63,522 nt of DNA, filler included, from Octopus bimaculoides (GCF_001194135.2; 5 parts of 5 records of this genome joined end to end with filler, not necessarily neighbours in it), one strand, 5' to 3'. Positions 36,597-50,461 are shown, numbered from the whole stretch's first letter. Notes: generated by a model not told the origin, from the letters alone. Program-made: numbers and translations.

Positions 36597-36888
36597 GAGA
36601 AAAAGAGAGCGAGAAGGAGAAAGAGAGAGAGTGACAGAGAGGGAGAGAGTGACAGAGAGAGAGAGAGAGTGACAGAGAGGGAGAGAGAGACATGGAGAGC
36701 CATGTTACTTGTTAAATTATTTCTGTTCAAACTGACGACGTCCAGAAACTGAGTCAGCAGTGAAAATTGTTGAAAGATCCAGAAACAGGGATAATGTGTG
36801 AGTGTGAGTGTGTGTGCGTGTGTGTGAGTATGCGCGTATGTGTGTATGTATGTGTATATGTGTTAGTATGAGAGAAAGAGAGAAAGTG

Positions 36889-36927
<39 letters not shown>

Positions 36928-37109
36928 TAGAGAGCGGGAAAGAGAGAGAGAAGTAATACGAATCAGGGAATTATAAATCAAAAATGAAAGAAAAGGCAAG
37001 AAGAGATGGGAAAAGAGAGTTGAGTGATTTACGAGTTCGCTTCATAGTCACGGCATTCCGTGTTCGAGTCCAGTATGTGCGACACTGGGTGCAGCTCTTT
37101 TAATCCACC

Positions 37110-37335
37110 CAAATAATAATCCTTTCTACGATAGCCACAAGGCGTAAAATTTGAGGGTTGGTTGGGGTTAGTTGATTACATTGACCCCAGTGCATAACAG
37201 GTACTTATTTAATCGACTCCGAAAGGATGAAAGGCAAAGTCAACCTCGGTGGAATTTGAGCTCAGAGCACGAAGACGGACGAAATGTTGCTAAGCATTTT
37301 GCTCGGCACGTTAACGATTCTGCCCGCTCACCGTG
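37110..37335 (-). mobile_element. SINE family A, full length
   Basis: Same head, core and tail as the other family A copies, reverse complement. Confidence 0.88.
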
Positions 37336-37674
37336 AGAAGCCCCTATCCTGCAAAAGGGTCAAGGTTTGAGACCAAGTGACCTGTAATGGGCGTTTCAAA
37401 AGGATCTCATAAAAAGCCATTATTACAATCTTGTTTTAATGATAAATCCAAGACAGAAGGAAAAAGAAGCATTTCACCATTTTATCTTTATTATTCAACT
37501 ATTAGCAGAACCCCAAAATGGCCAAATTCCATTCGTTTACCATTTTGTATGGCATTTTATATAAATTCTTCTCTTAACTCTACCCCGACCCCTTGTGTCT
37601 AACTCCCACCTACCCACCGCACGCTGCTTCGCATTCAAACAACAAACGTTGAGCTTTTAACGTTTAGATGACTT

Positions 37675-37675
37675 T

Positions 37676-37727
<52 letters not shown>

Positions 37728-37905
37728 CAGTGTTGCAGTTGCTGCTGATGATTTCGCTGTCGATGTTATTGATGCCGTTCTTAGTGTTGTTGCGGTTGTT
37801 GCTATTGAGATTGTCGTCATCAGCAGATTTGTTGTTGTTTTTGATGATGATGATGATGGTGATGATGATGACAATGACGGCATGTCGTTGGTGGTATTGT
37901 TGTTG
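37675..37905. repeat. Compound trinucleotide repeats (TAG)n, (TTG)n, (GAT)n
   Basis: Direct inspection; explains the low-complexity T/S-rich ORF 37635-37931. Confidence 0.9.
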
Positions 37906-38489
37906 TGGTCGTTCTTGTCATGAGCAGCCAAGAATATGTCAGTTGAACTGACAATTTCAAAAGTCTCCAGTGTCCACCAAGAAGAAACTCACAGATCTCG
38001 ATTTATTATATTTCTTTTTTTTTTAATGGTAAAATTCTTCACTATGAAGAACTCTACAGCTGTGGAACCGGAATAAATGGATTAATGAGAACATGAACTT
38101 TACTTCAATATCTGAGATTCCATTGCAAAAACAATCATGTTAGTGTCAAAGTATTTACCATTTGGACAGTGTTTATGGAACTAACATTTCAGGACAATTT
38201 TATAGATGCTGTTGTTATTGTTGTTGTATGAACTGTATTTTTATTTTGAGTAGCGGCGTATATAGTTGTGTCTGCACATGCATACATACATACATACATA
38301 CATACATACATACATACATACAAAAATAATTTGTTGTTGATGTTGAAATTACAATGAAGGAGCCTTGGATCTAGGTTAAAAACCGGCTCTTTTTCTATTG
38401 GCGAGAAATCTTGAAATAAAACTGAACATACATTCACGCTGCCTGAAGTACCTTGCATATCTTGTGCGTACATTATTTATGACTTATAA

Positions 38490-38935
38490 ATGCGGCGAGC
38501 TGGCAGAATCGTTAGCACGCTGGGCGAAATGCTTAGTGGTATTTCGCCGGTCGCTACGTTCTGAGTTCAAATTCCGTCGAAGTCAACTTTGCTTTTCGTC
38601 CTTTCGAGGCCGATAAAATAAGTACCAGTTGAGTACAGGGGCCGATGTAATCGACTAGCTCCCTCCCCCACATTTCAGACCTTGTGCCTTTAGTAGAAAG
38701 GATTATATGTGTCACATGAAAGGTGTCGAGCTGGCAGACTTGTTCGCGTGCCGGACAAAATGCGATGATAAGCATTTCCCCCGGTTCTTTACGTTCTGAG
38801 TTCAAATACCACCGAGGATGACTTTGCCTTTAATCCTATCGGGGTTAATAACATAAATAGTAGCTGAGCACTGGGGTCAACATAATCGACTCCCAGCTAC
38901 CCTCAAAATTGCTGATTTTGCGTGGTAATTAGAAA
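38490..38935 (+). mobile_element. Two adjacent SINE family A copies (38490-38706, 38722-38935)
   Basis: GCGGCGAGCTGGCAGAATCGTTAGC..GAGTTCAAATTCC.. present twice. Confidence 0.9.
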
Positions 38936-39446
38936 TAGTTATGTGTTGCTTATGTGCATCGGTTATAGTCACAGTAGTTGGTTACTGTTCAATGTATTAT
39001 CACCACCCTCCACTACCCTCCATACCTAAATATTTCTGCCCAGGCCCCATTCTGGACATTTTTTAGTCTTTACCGTTCCCTACAGACTCTTGATTTTTTT
39101 TTTATAAGCTCTATATTCTTTAAATCATGATCCCTCTCAGAACCCTGGATCGGCCTCTCTCCCCTCCGGCTCCCACCCATCTTCTTTGTTCGTGTGTCTC
39201 AGCTGCGCATTCTCACTTATTTCATAGGTCACCTGACCTGACGCCCAATACCTTATCCCCATACTTCAAAAACTGACCCACACCCTCCCATCGCCACTCC
39301 TTTACTTCTTCCCTCATCCTACATCTCCCACACATCTCACTGGTTTCTTCCTCCTCTCCAAATTTCTACTCCCCTACGTCAGGCGTTTCATCTGTTCAAT
39401 TCCTCATCTGCAATTTTGTGACCAAGGAGACAGCGCACTTCACAGG

Positions 39447-39498
<52 letters not shown>

Positions 39499-39988
39499 NN
39501 NNNNNNNNNNNNNNNNNNNNNNNNNNNNNNNNNNNNNNNNNNNNNNNNNNNNNNNNNNNNNNNNNNNNNNNNNNNNNNNNNNNNNNNNNNNNNNNNNNNN
39601 NNNNNNNNNNNNNNNNNNNNNNNNNNNNNNNNNNNNNNNNNNNNNNNNNNNNNNNNNNNNNNNNNNNNNNNNNNNNNNNNNNNNNNNNNNNNNNNNNNNN
39701 NNNNNNNNNNNNNNNNNNNNNNNNNNNNNNNNNNNNNNNNNNNNNNNNNNNNNNNNNNNNNNNNNNNNNNNNNNNNNNNNNNNNNNNNNNNNNNNNNNNN
39801 NNNNNNNNNNNNNNNNNNNNNNNNNNNNNNNNNNNNNNNNNNNNNNNNNNNNNNNNNNNNNNNNNNNNNNNNNNNNNNNNNNNNNNNNNNNNNNNNNNNN
39901 NNNNNNNNNNNNNNNNNNNNNNNNNNNNNNNATATATATACATACATACACATATGAACACCCATGTGTGTGTTTCTGTTTGTTCGTA

Positions 39989-40033
<45 letters not shown>

Positions 40034-41010
40034 TGAAACGCACACTTATACCCACAAAACCATCAACCCAACCAGCCAGACAGCCAACGTTCGTTTTTCT
40101 ATTCAACCAACTGAAACATAAATGTTAACAAACAGAGCTGCAAGCATAATCTTGTCGAAATGAACAATGAAACACATACATACATACATACATGCATACA
40201 TACATACACATATACATACATCTATATGCTTTTAATACACAAGTTTTATATACAAATCATACTTACTTATACATAAACGCATCCATATATTTAAAATGTA
40301 ATAAAATTTCAACTCTTGTAAAACTCTGGAAAGGGAACATTTTTTTTGTTGCAAAGGGGTCCTTCCATATTTTTATATTTATAGTTACCTCATCCAGCAT
40401 CAAACAGTTGTTGGCTTGTAATGAATAAAATGTGATGAAGTAATACCGTTAAACAGGTTACTGTTAGTCTAGCTTGCACATACATATTTATATATATATA
40501 TGTGTTTGTGTACCGACTTGTTTATATCATTCTTGTTCTTGTTTTTGCGGGTGTTTACATAAAGAAATCTATCATTTGAAGTGTTTATAAATGTCCATAT
40601 GATGAAAACGTAGAAAAATATTGACGTCAATGTGTCCCTAATATACACAGTTTTAATGCTTCCTAAACACCAATTCGATTTAATGTTTTGCCCGTTAAAG
40701 AGTCGATTGCAAACTGTTATTTCTTCCCTCCCCTTAAAAAATGATTAAACGACAGAAAAAGAGAATAAAAAACCGGCCAAAAATTTAAAAGGACAAAAAG
40801 AAAAAAATGCTTCGTTTCGAAATATACAAAAAACAACAAACAAACAAACAACTTCTTTATATGTTGGACATACAGAAAGACACACATGTATATGTATGAG
40901 TATACACACACACACACACACACATACCCACACACAAACACACACACACATGGACATATTACTTTTATGTTGCAAATATAATCTATATTTATGTACGAGT
41001 ATAGATATGC

Positions 41011-41042
<32 letters not shown>

Positions 41043-42908
41043 NNNNNNNNNNNNNNNNNNNNNNNNNNNNNNNNNNNNNNNNNNNNNNNNNNNNNNNNNN
41101 NNNNNNNNNNNNNNNNNNNNNNNNNNNNNNNNNNNNNNNNNNNNNNNNNNNNNNNNNNNNNNNNNNNNNNNNNNNNNNNNNNNNNNNNNNNNNNNNNNNN
41201 NNNNNNNNNNNNNNNNNNNNNNNNNNNNNNNNNNNNNNNNNNNNNNNNNNNNNNNNNNNNNNNNNNNNNNNNNNNNNNNNNNNNNNNNNNNNNNNNNNNN
41301 NNNNNNNNNNNNNNNNNNNNNNNNNNNNNNNNNNNNNNNNNNNNNNNNNNNNNNNNNNNNNNNNNNNNNNNNNNNNNNNNNNNNNNNNNNNNNNNNNNNN
41401 NNNNNNNNNNNNNNNNNNNNNNNNNNNNNNNNNNNNNNNNNNNNNNNNNNNNNNNNNNNNNNNNNNNNNNNNNNNNNNNNNNNNNNNNNNNNNNNNNNNN
41501 NNNNNNNNNNNNNNNNNNNNNNNNNNNNNNNNNNNNTATATATATATATTTATATATATATATATATATACATACATATACACATATATATGTATATGTA
41601 TATGTATGTGAGTGTGTGTCTGTGTGGTAGTTTTCGACTCATTATCAAGTATGGTTACCTTTTTAACTAAAATGGCAGATACAATGTCTCTGCCCTATGA
41701 GTCCCCAAGGGGATGAAGATATACAAGAATACGGCAAGGCAAAAACTTCTTGCAGACAATGAAGGAAACGGCTGTACGGCTGACTGGGAATAGCGAATTG
41801 CAACCGACGCCATCTTTATTACATTTCATGCCCTCCTCGATCATAAAAGCGACTGAAGTAGCAACATTTCACTGTCACTATCACGCCTGATATATGAATC
41901 CCCACAACATAAAGCCCAGCGCCTGAAGCCTGAGTTCTCCATCGCACTTGAAAGGGTGCACAAATTATCAGATTCTATAATGACGAACGATTGTGGAATG
42001 AAAGGGATTCTCTCTAAATGGTTAAAGACATGAAACTAGCAACAAGTCATAAGAGGTAAGCTCCATGAGATTACAAACGTTGCAGGTTTGAAGAGTTTCC
42101 TTTTCCCATGCGGATTTACGCACACATACATACATACATGCATACATACATACATACATACATACAAACATGCATACACACGCATATAATCAATATTATG
42201 GCAGTAACAGGGTGCATACCAACTTGTCTGGAGCAATGAATGGTTGGAGTTGGGTTCTTGGAGTGGGGGAGAGAAGGTAAATATTTAATTCATACACCCC
42301 AAAGATCACGATGCCTGTGTCTATAAAAATCTGCAGACTTTCTTAAGATTCAAAGGATGATGAGCAAAAAGAGATGCGTTCTTTCTCAACATAGCTACCA
42401 AGTAGATGGCCGCTGGTCAAAATTAACTCTAAATTAGAAAAAGAGAAAGAGCACAACATACAGAGACACCAATCTGTGTGTGTGTGTGTGTGTTTGTATT
42501 TCAAGTTCTAAAACCAAATCTTATACAAAACAAACTTTCTAAAATTGTAATATCTTCTAACAATATTAACAAATTTCTACTCTATTTTTATTTCAAAATA
42601 TGATTTTCAGTTACCTTTCACACATTCCTTATTTCGATGCAAACTCAATGTTCTGGAGGACAAACACTTAATCTAGAAAATTAGCTTCTTTCATTGTCTA
42701 ACTGGAAACTGCCTTAGTTGATTCAGTGCAAAAGTTGGGCTGTTTTCCTCTCTTTTTAATCTCAGTTTAACTAAAATTACCCAATTCTTTGTATGTATGT
42801 ATGTATGTATGTATGTATGTATGTATGTATGCATGTATCTATCTAACTCTCCTCTGTAATTATCTATCCATATGTATGGATATTCTATTATATATATTAC
42901 ATATCTCG

Positions 42909-42962
<54 letters not shown>

Positions 42963-43509
42963 NNNNNNNNNNNNNNNNNNNNNNNNNNNNNNNNNNNNNN
43001 NNNNNNNNNNNNNNNNNNNNNNNNNNNNNNNNNNNNNNNNNNNNNNNNNNNNNNNNNNNNNNNNNNNNNNNNNNNNNNNNNNNNNNNNNNNNNNNNNNNN
43101 NNNNNNNNNNNNNNNNNNNNNNNNNNNNNNNNNNNNNNNNNNNNNNNNNNNNNNNNNNNNNNNNNNNNNNNNNNNNNNNNNNNNNNNATATATAGGCATA
43201 TGGAAACAGGTACATATAATATTTTTAATATTCTTGACTGTATGCTGATATAATATATATGTATATATACATACACACGCGTATATAATATATACAGACG
43301 CAAATACACACACATGATAATTTAAACTCTTTCTCTCTCTTTCACACACACACACACACACGCACACTTCTCTCACAGCGTATTCATAGAAAAATAACTT
43401 GCTAACACCTGTCTCTAAGGAGTAACAACGAAGGAGAAATATTAAAACTTCAGAGTTCTTGAGAAATCATATTAGAAATAATTAATATGTAATATATTTC
43501 AAGACGTAC

Positions 43510-43551
<42 letters not shown>

Positions 43552-43731
43552 AACGCGCATGCATATATGTATACATACACATATACATGCACACACACTT
43601 ATACGTAAACATATATACCACAATATCTATGTATGTATATAAGTATGTATATACATGTACCTCTCTATTTGGATTTTGACAAAATCTTGTGAAACGTTAT
43701 GTGTACACTTAAGAACTCGCGTGTATCTATA

Positions 43732-43781
<50 letters not shown>

Positions 43782-44250
43782 TGTGTGTGTATGTGTGTGT
43801 TTCTGTTCACATTCTCCATCCTGTTGTTTTGAAATAGCAGGGATAATGTAGAGCGCAGAAGATTCTTTCGTTTGGTAGGAACCCTCTACTGCTGGCGCTA
43901 TAATAAGATTTATCTAACACACCCGTCTATAGAGTAACTGATGAACGAACAGAGACAATGTAGGGTGGTGGGTAACTATAAGAACAGTCACGGCATAGCA
44001 ATCTGTCTCGTGAAAATGTGACAGTAAATGTACTCAGACTAACTAGGAACTGACTTCGGGCGTTAAACGCGCTGAAACCACGTTCATTCTCATCTCTAAA
44101 GCTGACGAGAGAATTTCTACGTGTAATTCGTCCTTTCCTGTAATTGGTTTTCTTGTTCTACTTCGATTTTCACAATTTGTATTTAAACATACGTAAAAAA
44201 GACACTTATTTTTAGAATACATTTACACACACAAACACGCACAAACACAA

Positions 44251-44288
<38 letters not shown>

Positions 44289-44663
44289 CTATATATGACA
44301 CCCTAGTTTTTTAGCTACCTTCTCTCCTGATGTGTCAAAGGTTGATGTAAAATACTATATATATNNNNNNNNNNNNNNNNNNNNNNNNNNNNNNNNNNNN
44401 NNNNNNNNNNNNNNNNNNNNNNNNNNNNNNNNNNNNNNNNNNNNNNNNNNNNNNNNNNNNNNNNNNNNNNNNNNNNNNNNNNNNNNNNNNNNNNNNNNNN
44501 NNNNNNNNNNNNNNNNNNNNNNNNNNNNNNNNNNNNNNNNNNNNNNNNNNNNNNNNNNNNNNNNNNNNNNNNNNNNNNNNNNNNNATATATATATATAAA
44601 CAAGTATATAAATAAGTATATAATATTTAAATAGAAGCATACATCTGCATGTATATATTTATG

Positions 44664-44695
<32 letters not shown>

Positions 44696-45130
44696 CTTAC
44701 ACACACATACCTACAGATGTCTCTGCACCTACGCATACATACACAGAACATCCCTATATCTATAAACATAGACGATGCTTCCTCACAATCAAGCTTGTTT
44801 TTTACATCTCACACCAAAACTCGTCTTATAATAACGACTATAGCATAGTAAATTCTTTGAATATTATCATTCCATGTGACACTTCATAAAACTAGTTTAA
44901 TCCGAAAACATTAACACTCTACACAAGAATCAGGAATGGCATTTTTATGGAGCTCCATTTTAGCAATGTTTGTTCCATTTTCCATTAAACACCTTTTTAT
45001 CATATATTCTAGAACAATTAAACACCTCGCCATTGTGTAGTTTTCAACTGAGTGAATTCTTCAGCAAGTGTTCTAAGAATAAATGAGATTCCCCTTGAAA
45101 CGGTCTGTTTAGATTGTAATTTGAAACGTT

Positions 45131-45190
45131 GTGTTTGGTGACAGAAAATGAAAAGAATTATGTCTCATTTTCGATAACCCACCCTCTCCA

Positions 45191-45261
<71 letters not shown>

Positions 45262-45560
45262 NNNNNNNNNNNNNNNNNNNNNNNNNNNNNNNNNNNNNNN
45301 NNNNNNNNNNNNNNNNNNNNNNNNNNNNNNNNNNNNNNNNNNNNNNNNNNNNNNNNNNNNNNNNNNNNNNNNNNNNNNNNNNNNNNNNNNNNNNNNNNNN
45401 NNNNNNNNNNNNNNNNNNNNNNNNNNNNNNNNNNNNNNNNNNNNNNNNNNNNNNNNNNNNNNNNNNNNNNNNNNNNNNNNNNNNNNNNNNNNNNNNNNNN
45501 NNNNNNNNNNNNNNNNNNNNNNNNNNNNNNNNNNNNNNNNNNNNNNNNNNNNNNNNNNNN

Positions 45561-45591
<31 letters not shown>

Positions 45592-45796
45592 ATATATGTA
45601 TGTATATTATAACTCACGTCGCCACTGTTGTAATCCTTTTAAATGTTGGATTATTATAACGCCTGCTTCGGTATACGCGACTATCTCTCTGCCTATTACG
45701 TACTCCGTCGTACTGTCTCGTACTCACCTATTTATATTTGGAGAAGGAGTTATTGAAAATGAGACTTAATTTCTTTCATTTTCTGTCACCAAATAC
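45131..45796. repeat. ~60-bp inverted repeat pair enclosing (CA)n/(TA)n, MITE-like
   Basis: GTGTTTGGTGACAGAAAATGAAAAGAATTATGTCTCATTTTCGATAAC (45131) versus GTTATTGAAAATGAGACTTAATTTCTTTCATTTTCTGTCACCAAATAC (ending 45796). Confidence 0.75.
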
Positions 45797-45929
45797 TCAT
45801 ACCACTTGTTACGAAGAAAAATATAACTACAAGTCTATATTACGGTTAGTATTGCTTGTAATCTGAACTATTTCCCATAATAAAAACCAGCAAATATATT
45901 TCACTCCGATAGTTTGTATCACCGAAGAA

Positions 45930-46510
45930 AATAGAATTGTTGGTTTATACTTCTGAAAATAGAGTTGTTGATCTGTTTTATCCAGTATAGAATTATTGAT
46001 ATATGCTATAAGAAATGGAAGTGTCGGTCTATAGAATTCAGGAAACAGATGTTATTTTGTACAGTTGAAAATATGACAATTTATGTTGTGGAGGATACAA
46101 CTACTTACTGATCAAAACTATTGAAAGTAGAACCTGTTTGTCTATATCACGACAATTAGAACTGGTGGTCTTTGTTGTCACAACAGAACTGTTGGTGTAT
46201 ATCAAAGAAAATAGGACCCTTGGTCTATATTATCAAAAATAGAACAGCTGGTCTATACCAAAGAGTATAGAAGTGGTTATCTTTGATATAGAAAGAATTG
46301 TTAATTTCCACAATGGGATATACAGCTGCTAATCTTTACTATTTAAAATAGAACTGTTAGTCTATAGCTCGAAGAAGAGAACTCCTGGTTTCATCTACGA
46401 TGTATCGAACTGAGGGTCTTTACTCTGGGGAATAGATCGGTTGCTCTGTACTATTGATAATAAAACCGTTTGTCTGTACTATAGTATATAGAACTGATGA
46501 TCTTTATAAT
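45930..46510 (+). repeat. Degenerate ~28-bp minisatellite, roughly 20 units
   Basis: Core ATAGAACTGTTGGTCTATA-like words start at 45931, 45959, 45987, 46015 ... 46182, 46211, 46239, 46268. Confidence 0.8.
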
Positions 46511-46644
46511 GTAAAACAACGGTTTATAGTAGAGAGCATTGAAGTGTTGTTTAGATATGGAGTCGTCTTTACTAAATGTAATTTGTGTTAATGTTGTTGT
46601 AAGCCATCTTCTCATTTATCTGGAGTCTAATCATGACACAGAAC

Positions 46645-46647
<3 letters not shown>

Positions 46648-46719
<72 letters not shown>

Positions 46720-46861
46720 TAATAATAATAAGCAACTTAACAACTTCCATAAGAGAACAGATTATATCAGTCAGACATATGTGCAATTTTAATTTGCATA
46801 TCACTTTACTGTTTGTTCTTTGTCTGAAAAGAATATTTCACTTCTTTTAGTTACGTATTAT

Positions 46862-46921
<60 letters not shown>

Positions 46922-46922
46922 A

Positions 46923-46990
<68 letters not shown>
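46648..46990. repeat. (AAT)n tract and oppositely oriented (TTG)n(TTA)n tract
   Basis: Direct inspection. Confidence 0.95.
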
Positions 46991-47049
46991 CGTTTGGGAT
47001 TTAAAAAAAAAAATTGCTGATCTCTATAGAATTCTTTTGTTAGACTCCG

Positions 47050-47700
47050 CACTCTTTGATTGCGTTGTAATTTCGAATATCTGTGATGTAATTATCGAGC
47101 TGGTATACAAATACAAGTTTGCTTAACAGGTTCTAATGTATTCTTTATACATTTAGAAAATTTTTCAATAAAAAAAGAATTATTTTTTAATCTAAAATTT
47201 AATCTCCTCTTTTCTATATCTTTATTTTTCTTTAGAAATCCTTTTTCTTTTCGTCCCTTTAAGATATAGAATTTCCATAAAATCTGGGTCTTAAGAATTG
47301 CAAAGATATTGGTAGGATTCTTTTACTTCTTTCGCTAGCTTATATCGTCTTTTTTCTCAAATTTCTTTTCGTGAATTTATGCATTTGTCCAAGACTAATG
47401 CATCCATGCACAATGCATAAATGAACAGAAATCTCCATGGTGCTCACTGGAAAAATTCCTCACAAAAATCTGATTTTATTTAGTTTTGCTAAGTAAAATA
47501 GGTATACATTCGCATGAGTGCACGCATGCACACGTGCACGCACTAAGGGTTCTAAGTCTGTGTGTGTGTGTGTGTGTGTGTATATATACATATACAAACA
47601 CATACAAGTGCTATATATGAATATACAGAAATTCTGTACAAAATGAATATAAAAACAGGCTCCCAGTATACACGCACCTCTCTCTCTCTCTCTCCCCCTC

Positions 47701-47743
<43 letters not shown>

Positions 47744-48639
47744 CTCTATCTAACTGTCTGTCTGTCTGTCTGTCTGCCTGACTGTCTGTCTGTGTGTATG
47801 TGTTTATGAGCTAATGCATATATGCATACATATACAAATATGTATATATATATATATATNNNNNNNNNNNNNNNNNNNNNNNNNNNNNNNNNNNNNNNNN
47901 NNNNNNNNNNNNNNNNNNNNNNNNNNNNNNNNNNNNNNNNNNNNNNNNNNNNNNNNNNNNNNNNNNNNNNNNNNNNNNNNNNNNNNNNNNNNNNNNNNNN
48001 NNNNNNNNNNNNNNNNNNNNNNNNNNNNNNNNNNNNNNNNNNNNNNNNNNNNNNNNNNNNNNNNNNNNNNNNNNNNNNNNNNNNNNNNNNNNNNNNNNNN
48101 NNNNNNNNNNNNNNNNNNNNNNNNNNNNNNNNNNNNNNNNNNNNNNNNNNNNNNNNNNNNNNNNNNNNNNNNNNNNNNNNNNNNNNNNNNNNNNNNNNNN
48201 NNNNNNNNNNNNNNNNNNNNNNNNNNNNNNNNNNNNNNNNNNNNNNNNNNNNNNNNNNNNNNNNNNNNNNNNNNNNNNNNNNNNNNNNNNNNNNNNNNNN
48301 NNNNNNNNNNNNNNNNNNNNNNNNNNNNNNNNNNNNNNNNNNNNNNNNNNNNNNNNNNNNNNNNNNNNNNNNNNNNNNNNNNNNNNNNNNNNNNNNNNNN
48401 NNNNNNNNNNNNNNNNNNNNNNNNNNNNNNNNNNNNNNNNNNNNNNNNNNNNNNNNNNNNNNNNNNNNNNNNNNNNNNNNNNNNNNNNNNNNNNNNNNNN
48501 NNNNNNNNNNNNNNNNNNNNNNNNNNNNNNNNNNNNNNNNNNNNNNNNNNNNNNNNNNNNNNNNNNNNNNNNNNNNNNNNNNNNNNNNNNNNNNNNNNNN
48601 NNNNNNNNNNNNNNNNNNNNNNNNNNNNNNNNNNNNNNN

Positions 48640-48680
<41 letters not shown>

Positions 48681-49130
48681 GTATATATATATATGTATGT
48701 GTGTGTGTATGTGCGTGTGCGTGCATGTGTGTGTGTGTGTGTGTGTATGAGTAAAAAATAAATTTTAAAACCCTGTTATCATTAAAAACAAAATATTTGT
48801 ACAAAACTCAATCCAAATGCAGAACGAAATATTTATTGAATGTTTTCTTCGAATCAGATTCTGATGTGCTTTGCTAATTCTCCATCTTAGTTCCTACTTC
48901 CAACTCGCTGTCTTTATCTTTTACATTCAGATACTGACTTAGCATTAAATGGTGTAACAAGGACAACCCTAGAAGCAAGAAAAGTGAGGAGTAAATTGAT
49001 GTTCCTAGTGCCATTTCTAATTCTGTCTACAAAACTTCAATATTGCCAATTCTTTGATTTATTGAATTTTTTTTCTTTTTCAGAAATATTGCACTTATGT
49101 ATATCGTTCGGGCTTTTTGAGCTCACATAT
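47050..49130 (-). mobile_element. Possible very old L1/Tx1-like LINE remnants (47050-47460, 48830-49130) interrupted by microsatellites and a gap
   Basis: Weak motifs SRVVLVTP-MLSQYL and AILKTQILWKF on an A-rich minus strand; many stops. Confidence 0.3.
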
Positions 49131-49247
49131 TCATACCCCTAGGTTTAGTGTTCTCTACGCCCTCGCACATTTTCCTTAGGACCTTACACTGAGTTTTTTT
49201 TTCAGAATATATAATACTATGTTCTGTATTATTAAATAGTATTTGAA

Positions 49248-49395
49248 GACGGCGAGCTGGCAGAATCGTTAGCATGCCGGGCGAAATGCTTAACGGTATT
49301 TCGTCCGTCTTTACGTTCTGACTTCAAATTCCGCCGAGGTCAATTTTGCCTTTCATCCTTTCAGGGTCGATAAATTAAGTACCAGTTGCGTACCA
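49248..49395 (+). mobile_element. SINE family A, 3'-truncated
   Basis: GGCGAGCTGGCAGAATCGTTAGC..CAGGGTCGATAAATTAAGTACCAGTTGCGTAC. Confidence 0.9.
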
Positions 49396-49559
49396 GAAGC
49401 AGGAGTGGAGCACGCTTTTGTCCCTCGTCTACTGTAAGAGGACCTTTTCAGTATCTCCTCAGGAGCTGTCCTAGAGGGGATCTCAAAAGCCATAAAATCC
49501 AGCAAACCTCAGGAAGAAAACCATTACTTTTCACGAATCTAGTTGGAACTCTTTCTACT

Positions 49560-49940
49560 CAACCATGAACAACTTTCCATAACCTCAGACTGACTGGCAG
49601 ATGGGAATATGGATCATACAGACGCAGATCATATCAATGATATTCTGCCTAGATATAGTCATGCTCTCAGAATATTCTTAACATGTGATCATGTGGGAAC
49701 TGAGCACGATCTGAGAAAACACGTACAGGAGGTTCATAGGAAGACATTAGAAACTTGTCACGAAGTACAGAAGCCAAGGCTGGCGGGCACGGTGCAAGCC
49801 AAATGAGGTAGGCTGCTGAGATTTTACCCTTATCACTTTGCAAGGCTCTGACTGGGCTTTCGATTACTGGCGCAGCGACGAGGAGGGCCTTACATTCGGC
49901 CAGCAAAGCCACCAAGAGGGCCACTAGATGACATTGCATA
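49560..49940 (+). mobile_element. Hero-clade (restriction-like endonuclease) non-LTR retrotransposon C-terminal remnant
   Basis: (C)LDIVMLSE..VIMWELSTI*E followed by KYRSQGWRARCKPNEVGC*. This parallels the REL signature PDIV..ELTVPWE..C..QGW.ARC.P.EVGCRG. Confidence 0.7.
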
Positions 49941-50011
49941 ACCTAGGCAGACGCACGACTTGTTTCTGGTGGAATGCAGCGAGGACTTGCATATATATAT
50001 ATATATATATA

Positions 50012-50111
50012 NNNNNNNNNNNNNNNNNNNNNNNNNNNNNNNNNNNNNNNNNNNNTTAATTAATTAANNNNNNNNNNNNNNNNNNNNNNNNNNNNNNNNN
50101 NNNNNNNNNNN
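50012..50111. other. Artificial scaffold linker
   Basis: N44-TTAATTAATTAA-N44. Confidence 0.97.
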
Positions 50112-50210
50112 TTAATTATGTAATCTTATTATAAAGGAAGTCCTTTGTAAAATTTTTATGGCTACATAAATCACGCAATCACGTGTGAATGTCTTTAGAC
50201 GCAGTCATAA

Positions 50211-50284
<74 letters not shown>

Positions 50285-50461
50285 GGCGGTATGTATGTAT
50301 GTATATATATATATATACATATATATATATGCCATTGTGTACATTATCGGCGTAAATCTGATTGTTTTCACTTTTATTGATCTCGCTCGCTAATAACTTT
50401 GCACATATGATTCCTGTTAGCATAATAATTATTAGCATATATAATTCCTATTAGCATAAAT

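Noticed and set aside
41670-42060. Unique-looking block ending in a strong donor AG|GTAAGC
   Set aside because: No long open frame leads to the donor; it could be a non-coding exon, but this cannot be supported from sequence alone.
45930-46510. CRISPR-like repeat-spacer array
   Set aside because: Eukaryotic context, degenerate repeats, linkers only about 9 nt, and no cas genes.
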